DNA of 48,210 nucleotides from NCBI RefSeq assembly GCF_001194135.2, contig NC_069005.1, forward strand, positions 8,266,810-8,315,019, read 5' to 3'. Below the pieces are notes generated by a model that made no database searches, had not been told where the DNA came from, and worked only from the letters and a program-made list of their open reading frames with translations. The stretch comes from Octopus bimaculoides. Lineage: Eukaryota. Shown here one piece after another: positions 24,263 through 35,620 of the stretch; the stretch's first letter is position 1; the number at the start of each line of letters is the position of its first letter. The position numbers and the translations under genes were made by a program.

Positions 24263-24268
<6 letters not shown>
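23828..24268. repeat. Direct repeat of 103 bp (23828-23930 and 24166-24268), period 338 bp, i.e. about 1.3 tandem units
   Basis: Manual alignment, ungapped, 6 mismatches in 103 nt; bounded by (TA)n on both sides. Confidence 0.95.
24055..24129 (+). ncRNA. Minimal type I hammerhead ribozyme (predicted dimer-type)
   Basis: Helix I TTCAGG (24072-77)/CCTGAA (24109-14), extended by TGC/GCA, GTG/CAC and CCAGCT/AGCTGG; core CTGATGA (24078-84); helix II (C)GAG-CAATGA-CTC(A); GAAA (24099-102); palindromic ACATGT; cleavage triplet GTC (24106-08). Confidence 0.8.
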
Positions 24269-24296
<28 letters not shown>

Positions 24297-24370
24297 GGGC
24301 TCTGTAAAGTGTGACACATAACCAAAGATTAGGTTCAGTAGTGGGTTCTAAACCCGCCTCCAGTAGCTAG
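24266..24370 (+). mobile_element. Short Helitron-like element (3' terminus clear, 5' end lost in (TA)n)
   Basis: (TA)nTAAAGGGG start; hairpin GTGGGTT-CTA-AACCCGC (24341-57); 9 nt; CTAG (24367-70) followed by T. Confidence 0.5.
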
Positions 24371-24659
24371 TGTAGTATGACGTATTTATTGTGGGACACT
24401 GATGAGGTGAAGTACACGATGGCATAACATTTCTAAAACTTGTGTAACTATTTCGGCACTTTGATGAAACCTGTATGTTGTACATAGTATTAAATACCAA
24501 ACCTGTTTTCTGCTTATATATTTGTGGGTATATAAGTGCATATATTTATGTGTACGTGTGTATGTTTCCCCTCTCAATTCAATTATCATGGTCTTGATTT
24601 TCATTTAGAGAGTAGCCAATAATGATATAAGCCATTTTAGAACAATATCAAAATATATT

Positions 24660-25320
24660 TTAATGGTATAGACAAAGGTGGAAGGAAAAACCTCATTACT
24701 CTTCAGACGGCCTCCAAGACTGCTGGGAAGAGAGGGAGGGAGGAAGTTATTCTCCGATCAGAGATCTGGCCTGAATGCTTACAACAGAGTGGATTCTGCT
24801 GAAAGTAGCTGAGAGTCTAGTGTTGTTAAACCAGGTAACAGGTCAAGTCTATCACCCATGACATCTAGCAGTATTGAGAGGTATTAGATAAAGAAATGAG
24901 ATTATATGATGCACAACCTATGTCACTGAGGAGCGTTATCAATACACTGAAGGCAGACATGGTAGACTTGGTCAACTGAGCACTACATTTGCTCTCCCTT
25001 TTCATTTAGAATCAGTTGTTTGCATCTTAAAGTTGTTTGGTGTGAGTGAGGCTATTGATGTCACAGCTGTTTCTGTATATATGTGTTATATTTATTTGGA
25101 CTAAGTGAGAAAGATGGTGTTTTTAATACATCGTTGAAGTAGTGCTCTGGGGTGTTGCACATGTGTTTGGATATTTGGAAGTGAAATTTCATGTAGTGAT
25201 AGGGACTGTGAGGAATTGAAACTTCAGTTACTCTTAGCAGATATTGTAAAAGAATGGATCTGATATAGCTAAAAGGGAAAAGTGTAGTGTTTTTACTATC
25301 TCTTAGATATAAAAACTCCA
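24660..25320 (-). mobile_element. Highly decayed CR1/L2-group LINE 3' region
   Basis: Minus strand ...DLLPGLTTLDS...NNFLP...RLKSNEVFPST resembles the NSFxPRxxRLWNxLPxxVFP end of CR1/L2 ORF2; many stops. Confidence 0.45.
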
Positions 25321-25448
25321 TGTAAGGTTTTTAACCATCATTAAATTAGGTGAGTCACATGTAGGTTTTTTTTTCTCTAAAAATCACATGAAGTTTATAA
25401 CTACTATTTAATTATGAAAGTTATAAATAGGCTTTTAAATTATGAGAA

Positions 25449-25664
25449 TTAACCCTTTAGCACTTAAACCAGCCATATCCGGCCAAAATATGCTACCTGT
25501 TTTATGTTCTAACCAGTTAGATCCAGCCCATCTCACCTCAAAATATACAATCTCATCATCAAAATTTCAAAGCTACAAAATAATGCATGATTAATTAAAA
25601 AACAATGTAAATGAAAAAGCATTATATTTGACAGAATAATCTGAAAAAAAAAAAAAGAGTTAAA
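25449..25664. mobile_element. piggyBac-type MITE, second copy
   Basis: TTAA|CCCTTTAGCACTTAAACC...ATTTGACAGAATAATCTGA(A)n GAG|TTAA, colinear with 2084-2307. Confidence 0.8.
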
Positions 25665-25815
25665 TCTAGGGTTTTTGGGTTGTGTTAATATAATTTCAAT
25701 AGCTAGAGGCCTAATCCGCATGCAAAATTGAAGCGTATGCTTGTATGAGATGAATGGATCATATGCTGAGTGGAAAGGAGATATACATGCACATGCGTAC
25801 ACATGCGCACGCATG

Positions 25816-25846
<31 letters not shown>

Positions 25847-26140
25847 TAGAAGAGGAAAATAATAACTGACTTTAGAGGTGGGAAGGAAAAATTTAAAACC
25901 AAGTAAGAATTCTTCAATGAGAACTCGGAGAACAGGAATTCACTGATATGGAACTGCTAAGTAGATTCTTCCTAGCCTATGCTTACTCCAGAAATCTAGA
26001 TATTTCTTTAAAAGTATTGATGATGATGGTGAAGAAAGATTAGCACAGTAGTTTCTATATCATTATGCTGGATAATTTCAATATTGCCAGCATTATAATG
26101 TGAAGGAATATCTTGAAGAAACCAATTACATAAAATTGCA

Positions 26141-26183
26141 CTCTTACCAGAATTGTTCTCTTACCAGAATTGTTCTCTTACCA
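26141..26183. repeat. Short tandem repeat, unit CTCTTACCAGAATTGTT x about 2.5
   Basis: Seen directly. Confidence 0.85.
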
Positions 26184-26754
26184 TTCAAGTTATTAAGCCG
26201 TGTTAAACACTGCATCTCCAATCCATTGGAAAGATTTCTTTCTGAGATTATGCTTTATTAGCATAATCATCATCTTTGTCCTCATTATCGTCTGTCTCTT
26301 TACTGTCATTATTTTGTGTATCATCATTTATACTATCTTTCCATCAAAATCATCAAAAAAAAACAAAAAACCCCCACAAAATTATATTGAATATTTAATT
26401 AAGATTCCCTACTGCCATTAATTTTGATGCATTTCTCTCTTCTGTCAAGTTGTCTTCCCTTGGCTTGTATTTATTACCACAATAAGCTCTGCTTTTTAAA
26501 GTACCAAATTTTTCCATCTTCACTTATCCTTCATGTTTTCTCTCACTTGTAAGACATAAATGAGACAACCCGAGCCAAACTAGTGTCCTACCTAAATGAT
26601 GGAAATGCAAGATTTACCTGTCATTCAAATACATCTAACTCTGCAAAATCTAAAGATTTTTGGCACTGTTCCCATTGAACAATAGAAATCCATATAGATA
26701 TTAGCTAGAACTAGATCCACATGTTGAATGTAGCCTTCCCTCGTTAAAGGAGAA

Positions 26755-26875
26755 AAACAACTTGGTTTTGGGTTGAGTCCCACTGCATAGAATCTTAGAC
26801 GAATCTTCAATAGCCCTGTGCTGGTCAAGATTTGTGGGTGAATTCAGTAGACAGAAACAGAAAGAAGCCTGTTGT
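26755..26875 (+). mobile_element. SINE family A fragment
   Basis: GGGTTGAGTCCCACTGC...GTAGACAGAAACAGAAAGAAGCC. Confidence 0.7.
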
Positions 26876-27134
26876 GTGTTTGTTCACATTTGTGAACTAT
26901 GAAAATTATGAGCTACAAGTATTGATGTTAGTTCTCATGTCAACAAATCATCTGCTAGCTTTTTACTCTGAAGATGTGCGAAATAAGAGATCCCTTATTT
27001 GATAAACAGGTAAGGCTTAGCAACAAGAATGACAACTGGCTGAAAAACAATGCTTCAATAATATGATATTCATCTAAGCCATGTTAAATTGGAAAAACAG
27101 ATATGAAACAAGCAAACGATATCTATCTATACAC

Positions 27135-27397
27135 ATCATCATCATCATCATCATCATCGTTTAACGTCCGCTTTCCATTCTGGCATGGGTTGGACGATTT
27201 GACTGAGGACTGGTGAAACCGGATGGCAGCACCAGGCTCCAATCTAATTTGGCAGAGTTTCTACAGCTGGATGCCCTTCCTAACGCCAACCACTCAGAGA
27301 GTGTAGTGGGTGCTTTTACGTGTCACCCGCACGAAAACGGCCACGCTCGAAATGGTGTCTTTTATGTGCCACCCGCACAAGCCAGTCCAGGGGCACT
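27135..27397 (-). mobile_element. Retroposon family C, young CpG-intact copy running into a gap
   Basis: (CAT)nCGTTTAACGTCCGCTTTCCAT...GGATGCCCTTCCTAACGCCAACCAC. Confidence 0.9.
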
Positions 27398-27964
27398 NNN
27401 NNNNNNNNNNNNNNNNNNNNNNNNNNNNNNNNNNNNNNNNNNNNNNNNNNNNNNNNNNNNNNNNNNNNNNNNNNNNNNNNNNNNNNNNNNNNNNNNNNNN
27501 NNNNNNNNNNNNNNNNNNNNNNNNNNNNNNNNNNNNNNNNNNNNNNNNNNNNNNNNNNNNNNNNNNNNNNNNNNNNNNNNNNNNNNNNNNNNNNNNNNNN
27601 NNNNNNNNNNNNNNNNNNNNNNNNNNNNNNNNNNNNNNNNNNNNNNNNNNNNNNNNNNNNNNNNNNNNNNNNNNNNNNNNNNNNNNNNNNNNNNNNNNNN
27701 NNNNNNNNNNNNNNNNNNNNNNNNNNNNNNNNNNNNNNNNNNNNNNNNNNNNNNNNNNNNNNNNNNNNNNNNNNNNNNNNNNNNNNNNNNNNNNNNNNNN
27801 NNNNNNNNNNNNNNNNNNNNNNNNNNNNNNNNNNNNNNNNNNNNNNNNNNNNNNNNNNNNNNNNNNNNNNNNNNNNNNNNNNNNNNNNNNNNNNNNNNNN
27901 NNNNNNNNNNNNNNNNNNNNNATATATGTATATATATATATATGTATATATAATTTTTTTTTAT

Positions 27965-28560
27965 GTCTTGCAAGTACTTGGTGACTGTCAGTGCAGGTGC
28001 CACTTAAAAGCACCAAGTCCACACTGTAAAGTGGTTGGTGTTCGGAAGAGCATCCAGCTATAAAAACCTTACCAAAATTGACCTTGCCTGTGCTGGTGCC
28101 ACATAAAAAGCACTAAGTCCACTCTGCTGAGTGGTTGATGTTAGGAAGGGCATCCAGCTGTAAAAATCCTGCGAAAACAGTCACAGAAGTCTGCTACAGG
28201 CTTCTGCCTGGCTGGCTCTTGTGAAACCATCCCACCCATGCTAGCATGGAAGGCAGACATTAAACGATGATGATAATGATAAATAACTTGACATGAGAAA
28301 CCATATATATCATCTTTATTCATGATGTAAACAATATATATGTATGTATTGCAAGTTACTTGGTGTTCTCACTGGTGCTGGTGCCATGTAAAGAGCACCC
28401 CATACACTCTGTAAAATGGTTGGTATTAGGAAGGGTATCGAGCTGTAGGAACTATGCTAAAGTAGACAGTAGAAATTTGCAGTCTTCTGACTTGCCAGCT
28501 TATATCAAACTGTCCAATGCATGCCAGCATGGAAGGAAGATGTTAAATGATAATGGTGAA
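27965..28560 (+). mobile_element. Family C copies (27965-28280 with an internal duplication of the core; 28350-28560)
   Basis: Repeated GTGGTTG..TTAGGAAGGGCATCCAGCT core and GATGATG tails. Confidence 0.85.
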
Positions 28561-28713
28561 ATGAAGATTTATGTATGTAGATAGGCACAGATGTGACTGT
28601 GTGGCTAAGAAGCTTGTTCCCAGTCATATAACACATGGGAAAGCGTCTTCTACCTTAGCCCTGGGCTAATCAAAACCTTGTGATTGTGTTTAATGGACAG
28701 AAGCTGAATAAAG

Positions 28714-28939
28714 GCGGCGAACTGGCAGAAACGTTAGCACGCTGGGCGAAGTGCTTAGCGGTATTTTGTCTGCCGTTACATTCTGAGTTTAAATTCCGCC
28801 GAGGTCGACTTTGCCTTTCATCCTTTCGGGGTCGATAAATTAAGTACCAGTTACGCACTGGGGTCGATGTAATCGACTTAATCTCTTTGTCCTTGTTTGT
28901 CCCCTCTATGTTTAGCCCCTTGTGGGCAATAAAGAAATA
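28714..28939 (+). mobile_element. SINE family B, full-length young copy with 15-bp target-site duplication, nested in a family A copy (about 28590-28965)
   Basis: TSD AGAAGCTGAATAAAG at 28699-28713 and 28940-28954; CpGs intact; tail AATAAAGAAATA. Confidence 0.93.
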
Positions 28940-29009
28940 AGAAGCTGAATAAAGTCTGTCATTTATAAATGTTTGTGTGTGTGTATGTTTGTGTATGATG
29001 GTGGTATAT

Positions 29010-29215
29010 GAGCATCACTGTTATACAAGTGATGTTGCTCATTTCCAGGCTTCCATATAAATGTGTCTGGCCTTGGGGAAATATTAACTTGCTTGGAAAC
29101 ATTTGAGGGTTGGTGACAGGAGCAACATCCGGCCATAGAAAATCTTTTTCTACAAATTCTATAAGATCCATGCAAGCATGGAAAAGTGGATGCTGAATGA
29201 TGATGATGATGATGA
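29010..29215 (+). mobile_element. Retroposon family C variant
   Basis: GGGGAAATATTAACTTGCTTGGAAAC...GGTTGGTGACAGGAGCAACATCC...GGATGCTGAATGATGATG. Confidence 0.75.
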
Positions 29216-30174
29216 TGTTATGGTGTTTTCTTATAATAAAGAAGTGTCTAGAGTAAGCAAGTGTCTCTTTTTCAGTTTATGTGGCATGACAGAGTAACTG
29301 ACAAAACAGTATTGATGTGACGTGTGGACATCCATTTACTATATTACTATATTCAAAATCATATCCGTAAGACATGCTATAACTATGAAATAATACTGGC
29401 TATTTATAAATAAAATCTCTTTCAGCTCTAGGAATTTTCCATGAAAGACACTGGTGGTGGTGATGGTAGTAGTGGTGGTGGTGGTGGTGGTGGTGGTGTG
29501 TGTTATGACAATCACAATATACATAATCATATTTTCATATTCTGAGTCTATGAGATGTGATAGTTTGTCAAAATTTGACGATGACCTAATAACTACCAAT
29601 AAATATGTAAAAAAAAAACAACAAAAAATGAACTTAAGAAGGTGAGAAAGAAAGAAGAAAATGGAAGAAGAAGGTGCTTAGTTATAATGTTTGTTCATTG
29701 TTGATCAATGAAGACACTGACTTAAGACCATGCAGCATCTCAACTGAGGACACATTCACACAAGAAGGGGTGGGCAGGCAAAGACTCACTACTGTTCCTG
29801 CATATAGAACACCCTTTATGTACCTGAAACAATGGAAGTGATGTTATCTTATTGTAGCAAATGTGTGATAGCCTCATCACCACAATGAAAGGTTCACCAT
29901 ATGAAGTTCTAAGAAGTTGCAGCCGTAACTAATAACTAACTACTGAGGACCATAACTAACTACACAACACTTCAACAAGGGATGTGGTTGCATGGTAGAG
30001 AGCTTATAACTCTGACTGCTCTCAACTACATTACACCTACCATGCACCTGTAACAATGGCTCCAGCAGGATTTCATTTTCACAACAAATGCACAGAATAC
30101 CTCAGCCACAACAACAAGACCTTTCAACCATTAGCTGGAGGTCTGTTAGACTAGTGCAAGTTTCCTTTATAAAC

Positions 30175-30560
30175 TGAGAAAGAACTGTGTGTGCATCAAA
30201 CTCTCATTCTCACTCAATATGCATGGTGACAAAATAGTTAAGACAACCCAGCTTGTATGAAAATGCAGTGTTGGTGTGTCTGTTTCTGTAGCTTTGTGGT
30301 TTGGCAAAGAGATCGATAGAATAAGTACCGGGTATAAAGAAAAAAATGAAGTAGGGTTGATTAATTTGACTAAAAATTCTTGAAGGCAGTGCTCCAGAAT
30401 GGCCACATTCTAATGACTGAAACGAGTAGAAGATAAAATATATACACACATATTACACTCAGACAGTTTCTGTCTACCAAATCCATTCACAAGTCTTTGG
30501 TTGACATGGGACTATAGTAGGTGCCATACAGTGGGACTGAACCTGAAACCATGTGGTTTC
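30175..30560 (-). mobile_element. SINE family A fragments (3' half 30175-30435; 5' part 30455-30560)
   Basis: Antisense-oriented pieces and homology to the 5111-5544 copy (GAAGGCAGTGCTCCAG.ATGGCC..TGACTGAAAC; CAGTGGGACTGAACC). Confidence 0.55.
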
Positions 30561-31279
30561 TCCTTCAGTGGAAGAAAAATGTATTGTATACTAAAAATTT
30601 ATAATTGTAATTGTAATGCCTTTTTTCCTTTAGTCTTCAATGGAGTGAGTTTAGTTATATTTGTTAGTTTATCAGAATCTTTATTTCTAATTTGTATATT
30701 TGTAGTAGGTGTGGTGAGAGATTTAAATGCTTTGTGCTAAATAAGGAAAAATAAAAGTAAAAAAAAAAAAATTAAAAAAAGAACTGTAAAATAGAATTAC
30801 TTTCTATCTTAATGAATTGAAAAAATCATTTACGACATTTAAATTGATTTTCTTTTGATTGAATCAGTGTTTTATGATAGTGAAAGGGTTAATTTTTTGT
30901 TTTTGTTTTTAATATCATTCTATACCAAATTCTCTACCAAGAATATATTTTCAGGATGTTAAAGATTAGAATTATATTTNNNNNNNNNNNNNNNNNNNNN
31001 NNNNNNNNNNNNNNNNNNNNNNNNNNNNNNNNNNNNNNNNNNNNNNNNNNNNNNNNNNNNNNNNNNNNNNNNNNNNNNNNNNNNNNNNNNNNNNNNNNNN
31101 NNNNNNNNNNNNNNNNNNNNNNNNNNNNNNNNNNNNNNNNNNNNNNNNNNNNNNNNNNNNNNNNNNNNNNNNNNNNNNNNNNNNNNNNNNNNNNNNNNNN
31201 NNNNNNNNNNNNNNNNNNNNNNNNNNNNNNNNNNNNNNNNNNNNNNNNNNNNNNNNNNNNNNNNNNNNNNNNNNNNNNN

Positions 31280-31312
<33 letters not shown>

Positions 31313-31317
31313 TATAT

Positions 31318-31690
31318 CATCATCATCGTTTAACGTCAGTTTTCCATGCTTGCATGGGTTTGACGGTTTGACTGGGGACTGGCAAGCCAGGAGGCCGCAC
31401 CAGGCTCCACTCTGATCTGGTAGTATTTCTACAGCTAGATGCCCTTCTTAATGCCAACCACTCCGAGAGTGTAGTGGGTGCTTTCTACATGCCACTGGCA
31501 TGGAAGCCAGTAAGGCGGAACTGGCATTGGCCACGTTCAGATGGTGCTTTTTACTTGCCACCGGCACGGGGAGCCAGTCAGGTGGCACAGGCAACAACCC
31601 ACACGTGCATTGTGCTTATTGCATGCCACCAGCATGGAAGCCAGTCAGGCAGCACTGGCATCGGCCACAACTACAGTTTCCATTTGATTG
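31318..31690 (-). mobile_element. Retroposon family C with an internal tandem array of about 67 bp
   Basis: (CAT)nCGTTTAACGTC start; units beginning GCCAC..GCA.GG.AGCCAGT at 31491, 31557, 31625. Confidence 0.85.
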
Positions 31691-31929
31691 TGATTTGATT
31701 TGAATTTTGATCCTGATTTTGCTTGACTCAATAGGTCTCCTCAAGCACAGAATGTCGCCCAATAATTCAAAGGTACATTTTGGGGAAGGCCAGTTTATGG
31801 GATTACCTTAGGTTTCCTGTCCATAAAAGGTTTAGCTTTATGGAGTATCGTCAGATCCCCAAACCTGTTACTGGCCTTCCCCATTTCTAATATAAAATAT
31901 ATTTTTAATATAGAGTGTGCTGAGTAGTT

Positions 31930-32090
31930 GGTGACATAACTGTGTGGTTATGAAGCTTGCTTTGCAACCATGTGGATTTAGGTTCTGTCTCACTGCATGA
32001 CATTTTGGGCAAGTGTCTTTTACTATAGTTCCAGGCTGACCAATGCCTTGTGAGTGAATTTGTAAAATGGAAATTGTGGAAGCCTATCAT
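31930..32090 (+). mobile_element. SINE family A, 5' half
   Basis: GTGTGGTTATGAAGCTTGCTTTGCAACCATGTGG...GGGCAAGTGTCTTTTACTATAG. Confidence 0.78.
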
Positions 32091-32723
32091 GTTAACGTGT
32101 ATGTGTGTTGGTTTGTTCATGTCCCTGTATGATGAAATTTTTATTATNNNNNNNNNNNNNNNNNNNNNNNNNNNNNNNNNNNNNNNNNNNNNNNNNNNNN
32201 NNNNNNNNNNNNNNNNNNNNNNNNNNNNNNNNNNNNNNNNNNNNNNNNNNNNNNNNNNNNNNNNNNNNNNNNNNNNNNNNNNNNNNNNNNNNNNNNNNNN
32301 NNNNNNNNNNNNNNNNNNNNNNNNNNNNNNNNNNNNNNNNNNNNNNNNNNNNNNNNNNNNNNNNNNNNNNNNNNNNNNNNNNNNNNNNNNNNNNNNNNNN
32401 NNNNNNNNNNNNNNNNNNNNNNNNNNNNNNNNNNNNNNNNNNNNNNNNNNNNNNNNNNNNNNNNNNNNNNNNNNNNNNNNNNNNNNNNNNNNNNNNNNNN
32501 NNNNNNNNNNNNNNNNNNNNNNNNNNNNNNNNNNNNNNNNNNNNNNNNNNNNNNNNNNNNNNNNNNNNNNNNNNNNNNNNNNNNNNNNNNNNNNNNNNNN
32601 NNNNNNNNNNNNNNNNNNNNNNNNNNNNNNNNNNNNNNNNNNNNNNNNNNNNNNNNNNNNNNNNNNNNNNNNNNNNNNNNNNNNNNNNNNNNNNNNNNNN
32701 NNNNNNNNNNNNNNNNNNNNNNN

Positions 32724-32767
<44 letters not shown>

Positions 32768-33329
32768 GTATGTATATATGAAATATGCACTGAAAAAAAA
32801 ATCATTTGTGGTCATTTGTTTTTGAATTGGTTTAAATTGAACATGTCAAAGACGAAACAGTAGTTCTTTCTGTTCACTCTTTCCCAACCAATATTTTTAA
32901 TGCAATACCCTGTTTGTATTTTAATTAGTTTTCTTTTTTAAATAATCAAAAAGAGATTTGGAGGGATATAATGAAATAAATTTTACATTATTAAGCTGGT
33001 AATCCCACCAAGATCAGCTTTGCTTTTGTTATAATGGAGTTGATAAAGTATAAATCAGGTGCTGTTGACGAAGTCAATGGGCAGTTAGTTAGTGGAGACA
33101 TTAATGATTTGGAAGGAATGCTCTCTGGTTTTTGTTCAGGCTGTCAACACACTGAGTTCAAATTCTGCTAAGGTCAACTTTGATTTTTAATCTCTCATGG
33201 TTAATAAATAATCTTTCCAGTACTAGGTTAGCTTGACTTTCTTTCTCTGTGGCAGAAATCCAGCTGTGTTCATTCCTGGAAAGAGAGGGGTTTAACCAGA
33301 TTTAAAATGCCCAAAATGTGCTTTATATT

Positions 33330-33695
33330 GTGACATAACCTCTATGGCACCTTGAAGAGTTGCAGGCTCAGGGAAGAAAGGAACCTGTCTCTTGAAATAA
33401 TGATATAATGAACTTATTGTATACATTGCTCAGGTGCACACAATTCATCAGAAAAAGTAACCAAAACTGCATGAACAGTACATAGAATATACACAGTAAG
33501 TGAACAGTGAATGTCTCTCTACAGAGAAAAAAAAAAAACTTGGGTGTTGGCGAATTTCAGGAACATGAAAATTTTGAAGGATATAGTGTCTTGACAGCTA
33601 ACAACTGATATGAGTAGTTAATACCATGCTTTAGCAATTCTGAGCATGAGAAAATGTTTCTGAAAGTCATGGGTGCTGTGTTGCTTTTTGATTTT
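33330..33695 (-). mobile_element. CR1-group LINE 3' end, degenerate
   Basis: KIKKQHSTHDFQKHFLMLRIAKAWY*LLISVVSCQDTISFK; 3' UTR homologous to 13230-13300. Confidence 0.8.
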
Positions 33696-33699
33696 GTAA

Positions 33700-33945
33700 G
33701 CATGTCTGTGTGGCATGAAAATTGCTTCCCAGCCACATTGTTTCGGATTGTGGCACCTTGGGCAAGTGTCTTTCACTATTGACTCGTGAGTGGATTTGGT
33801 AAACAGAAACTGAAAGAAGCTTGTCATATATAGATAGGTATATATCTATGTGTGTGTCTGTGTTAGCCCCCTCCCTTGCCATCACCGCTTGACAACAGGT
33901 GTTGGTGTCTTTGACGTCCCCATAACTTAACGGTTCAGCAAAAGA
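33700..33945 (+). mobile_element. SINE family A
   Basis: GTGTGGCATGAAAATTGCTTCCCAGCCAC...CGCTTGACAACAGGTGTTGG...CGGTTCAGCAAAAGAG. Confidence 0.82.
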
Positions 33946-33959
33946 GAAATTATATTCTT

Positions 33960-34375
33960 TTCTAAGTGAAAATTTACGACAAAATTTTCACTTTTATATT
34001 TCGTAATGATTGATTATCTGACCTGCCCCACCATTGAGTTTTATATAAAAATAAAGCTAAAACATTCTTCTACATGCTTATATGATTTTTAACAAAACTT
34101 AGAATATGGCGCTCGAATGCATTGAACTGGAACAAAGGCTGCCTTTCAGCAGGCAAAAAAAGACAAAAACGGGACAAACTTTGAAAATGCATGAAAATAC
34201 CAGGGTGTTCGAGGGACCCTGACATGATATGTAACCATCAGATTTTAAAACTATATGAGAAGAAAGTTCATACCCAAAGCTTTCAAATTATATATAATTC
34301 TCTATGGAAGATATTTATTTTCACATGAAAAGAATAAAGCAAAAAAAAACGTGTTTTTTTGTGTCCCACACTGTG
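33960..34375. mobile_element. Possible DNA-transposon remnant ending in a CACAGTG terminus (Transib-like?)
   Basis: CpG-retaining non-coding block ending ...GTGTCCCACACTGTG; only one end visible. Confidence 0.3.
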
Positions 34376-35409
34376 GCTGTCTCCAATTTACGGCGTTCTA
34401 TAGTGATACCTAATTAAAGCAATACATTGCTATATATTTGGTTCAAAATTCAACCTTGGTAAATAGTTTCAGGCTGTAGTCACTTATTAAATTAAGAGGT
34501 ACTGTGAGTGAATAAAAGATAAATAATTTAATTTCATATATTTTTTACTTTTTTTCAATATCCCCCCCCCCCCCTCCACCCTTTATCTGTCTTGAGTCTG
34601 TTTCTATCTGCAAGCAGTGCAATTAACACCTTGAAAAGGCATTTAACTCTGTTTGCCCAAGGCTTTACGTTTAATAGAGAAAAATTGTTAATTAAAATTT
34701 TAATTGTGGTAGTGATGACTATAGTGGTGTGAATTTATTAAATTTTGTGAAAATTCTTTGAGATTTTATGTCAAGACAAACTCACAATGCTCTAGAGATT
34801 CTACCATAGATTTCAGTTCAGTGGATCTCAGTTAGTTTCATTAAAGATCATATCTTTCATGTCATCGTTCAAACCCAGGTCAGTGCTGATCAAGCAAGTA
34901 TATGATCAGAAGCATTTTAACCATCACCATCCTGTAATTTTATTTCAGGACTATCTAATGTATCCTCATTTGTATTAATAAATTCTCTTTCTGAAGCAAT
35001 TTTTGCTTCATTTAATGTTAAGATAGTAGTTGGGGTTGTCTACAAAATATATGTATGGTTCCTTTGATTTTTGGAAAATTGTATAATGGGTTCCACACCA
35101 AAATAAATTTTGGAACCAGTGCTAACTATTTATAAGTTTTTTGTAGATAAAAATAAAGACAAATACACACTGCTAACACAAAAGTCAGACACAATATTGA
35201 CTTGTAAATCTTTAATATACTTGTTGATATACCATGGTTGCAAAATGAAATATTGGGTCCTTGCTAGCTATTGATGTTTAAGTCCTAACTGTATCACACT
35301 CAATAAGAAGCTTCACATTGATAACTCAATCTGCTAAAAATAGCCAAGTTTTCCTCAAATAACATTCTGAAAGAAAAGAAGGACACATTTTGGTAATGTA
35401 GTTCTGGAT

Positions 35410-35620
35410 AGATAATTCTAATTTTGGCACAAGGTTAGCAGTTTTTTTAGAGGCTGAGGCAAATTGATTATATCAATCCCAATACTTGGCTGGTATTTTA
35501 TTTTATTGACTGCAACAGGATGGACAGTAAAGTTGACCTTGGTGGCATCTGAACTCAGAATGGAAAGCCAGAAGAAATGTTGCTAAGAATTTTTTCTGGC
35601 ACAATAACAATTCTTACTGT
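35410..35620 (-). mobile_element. SINE family B, degenerate
   Basis: AAAGTTGACCTTGGTGGCATCTGAACTCAGAA...AAATGTTGCTAAG. Confidence 0.7.

Noticed and set aside
24389-24430. Second CTGATGA near the hammerhead (CTGATGAGGTGAAGTACACGATGG)
   Set aside because: A short GTG/CAC stem follows, but there is no GAAA, helix III or closing helix I; not a hammerhead.
26965-26990. CTGAAGA-TGTGC-GAAA hammerhead-like spacing
   Set aside because: No helix II can form and there is no valid helix III/NUH triplet.
29690-30150. Possible LINE endonuclease relic
   Set aside because: Only faint resemblance; no motif I can defend.
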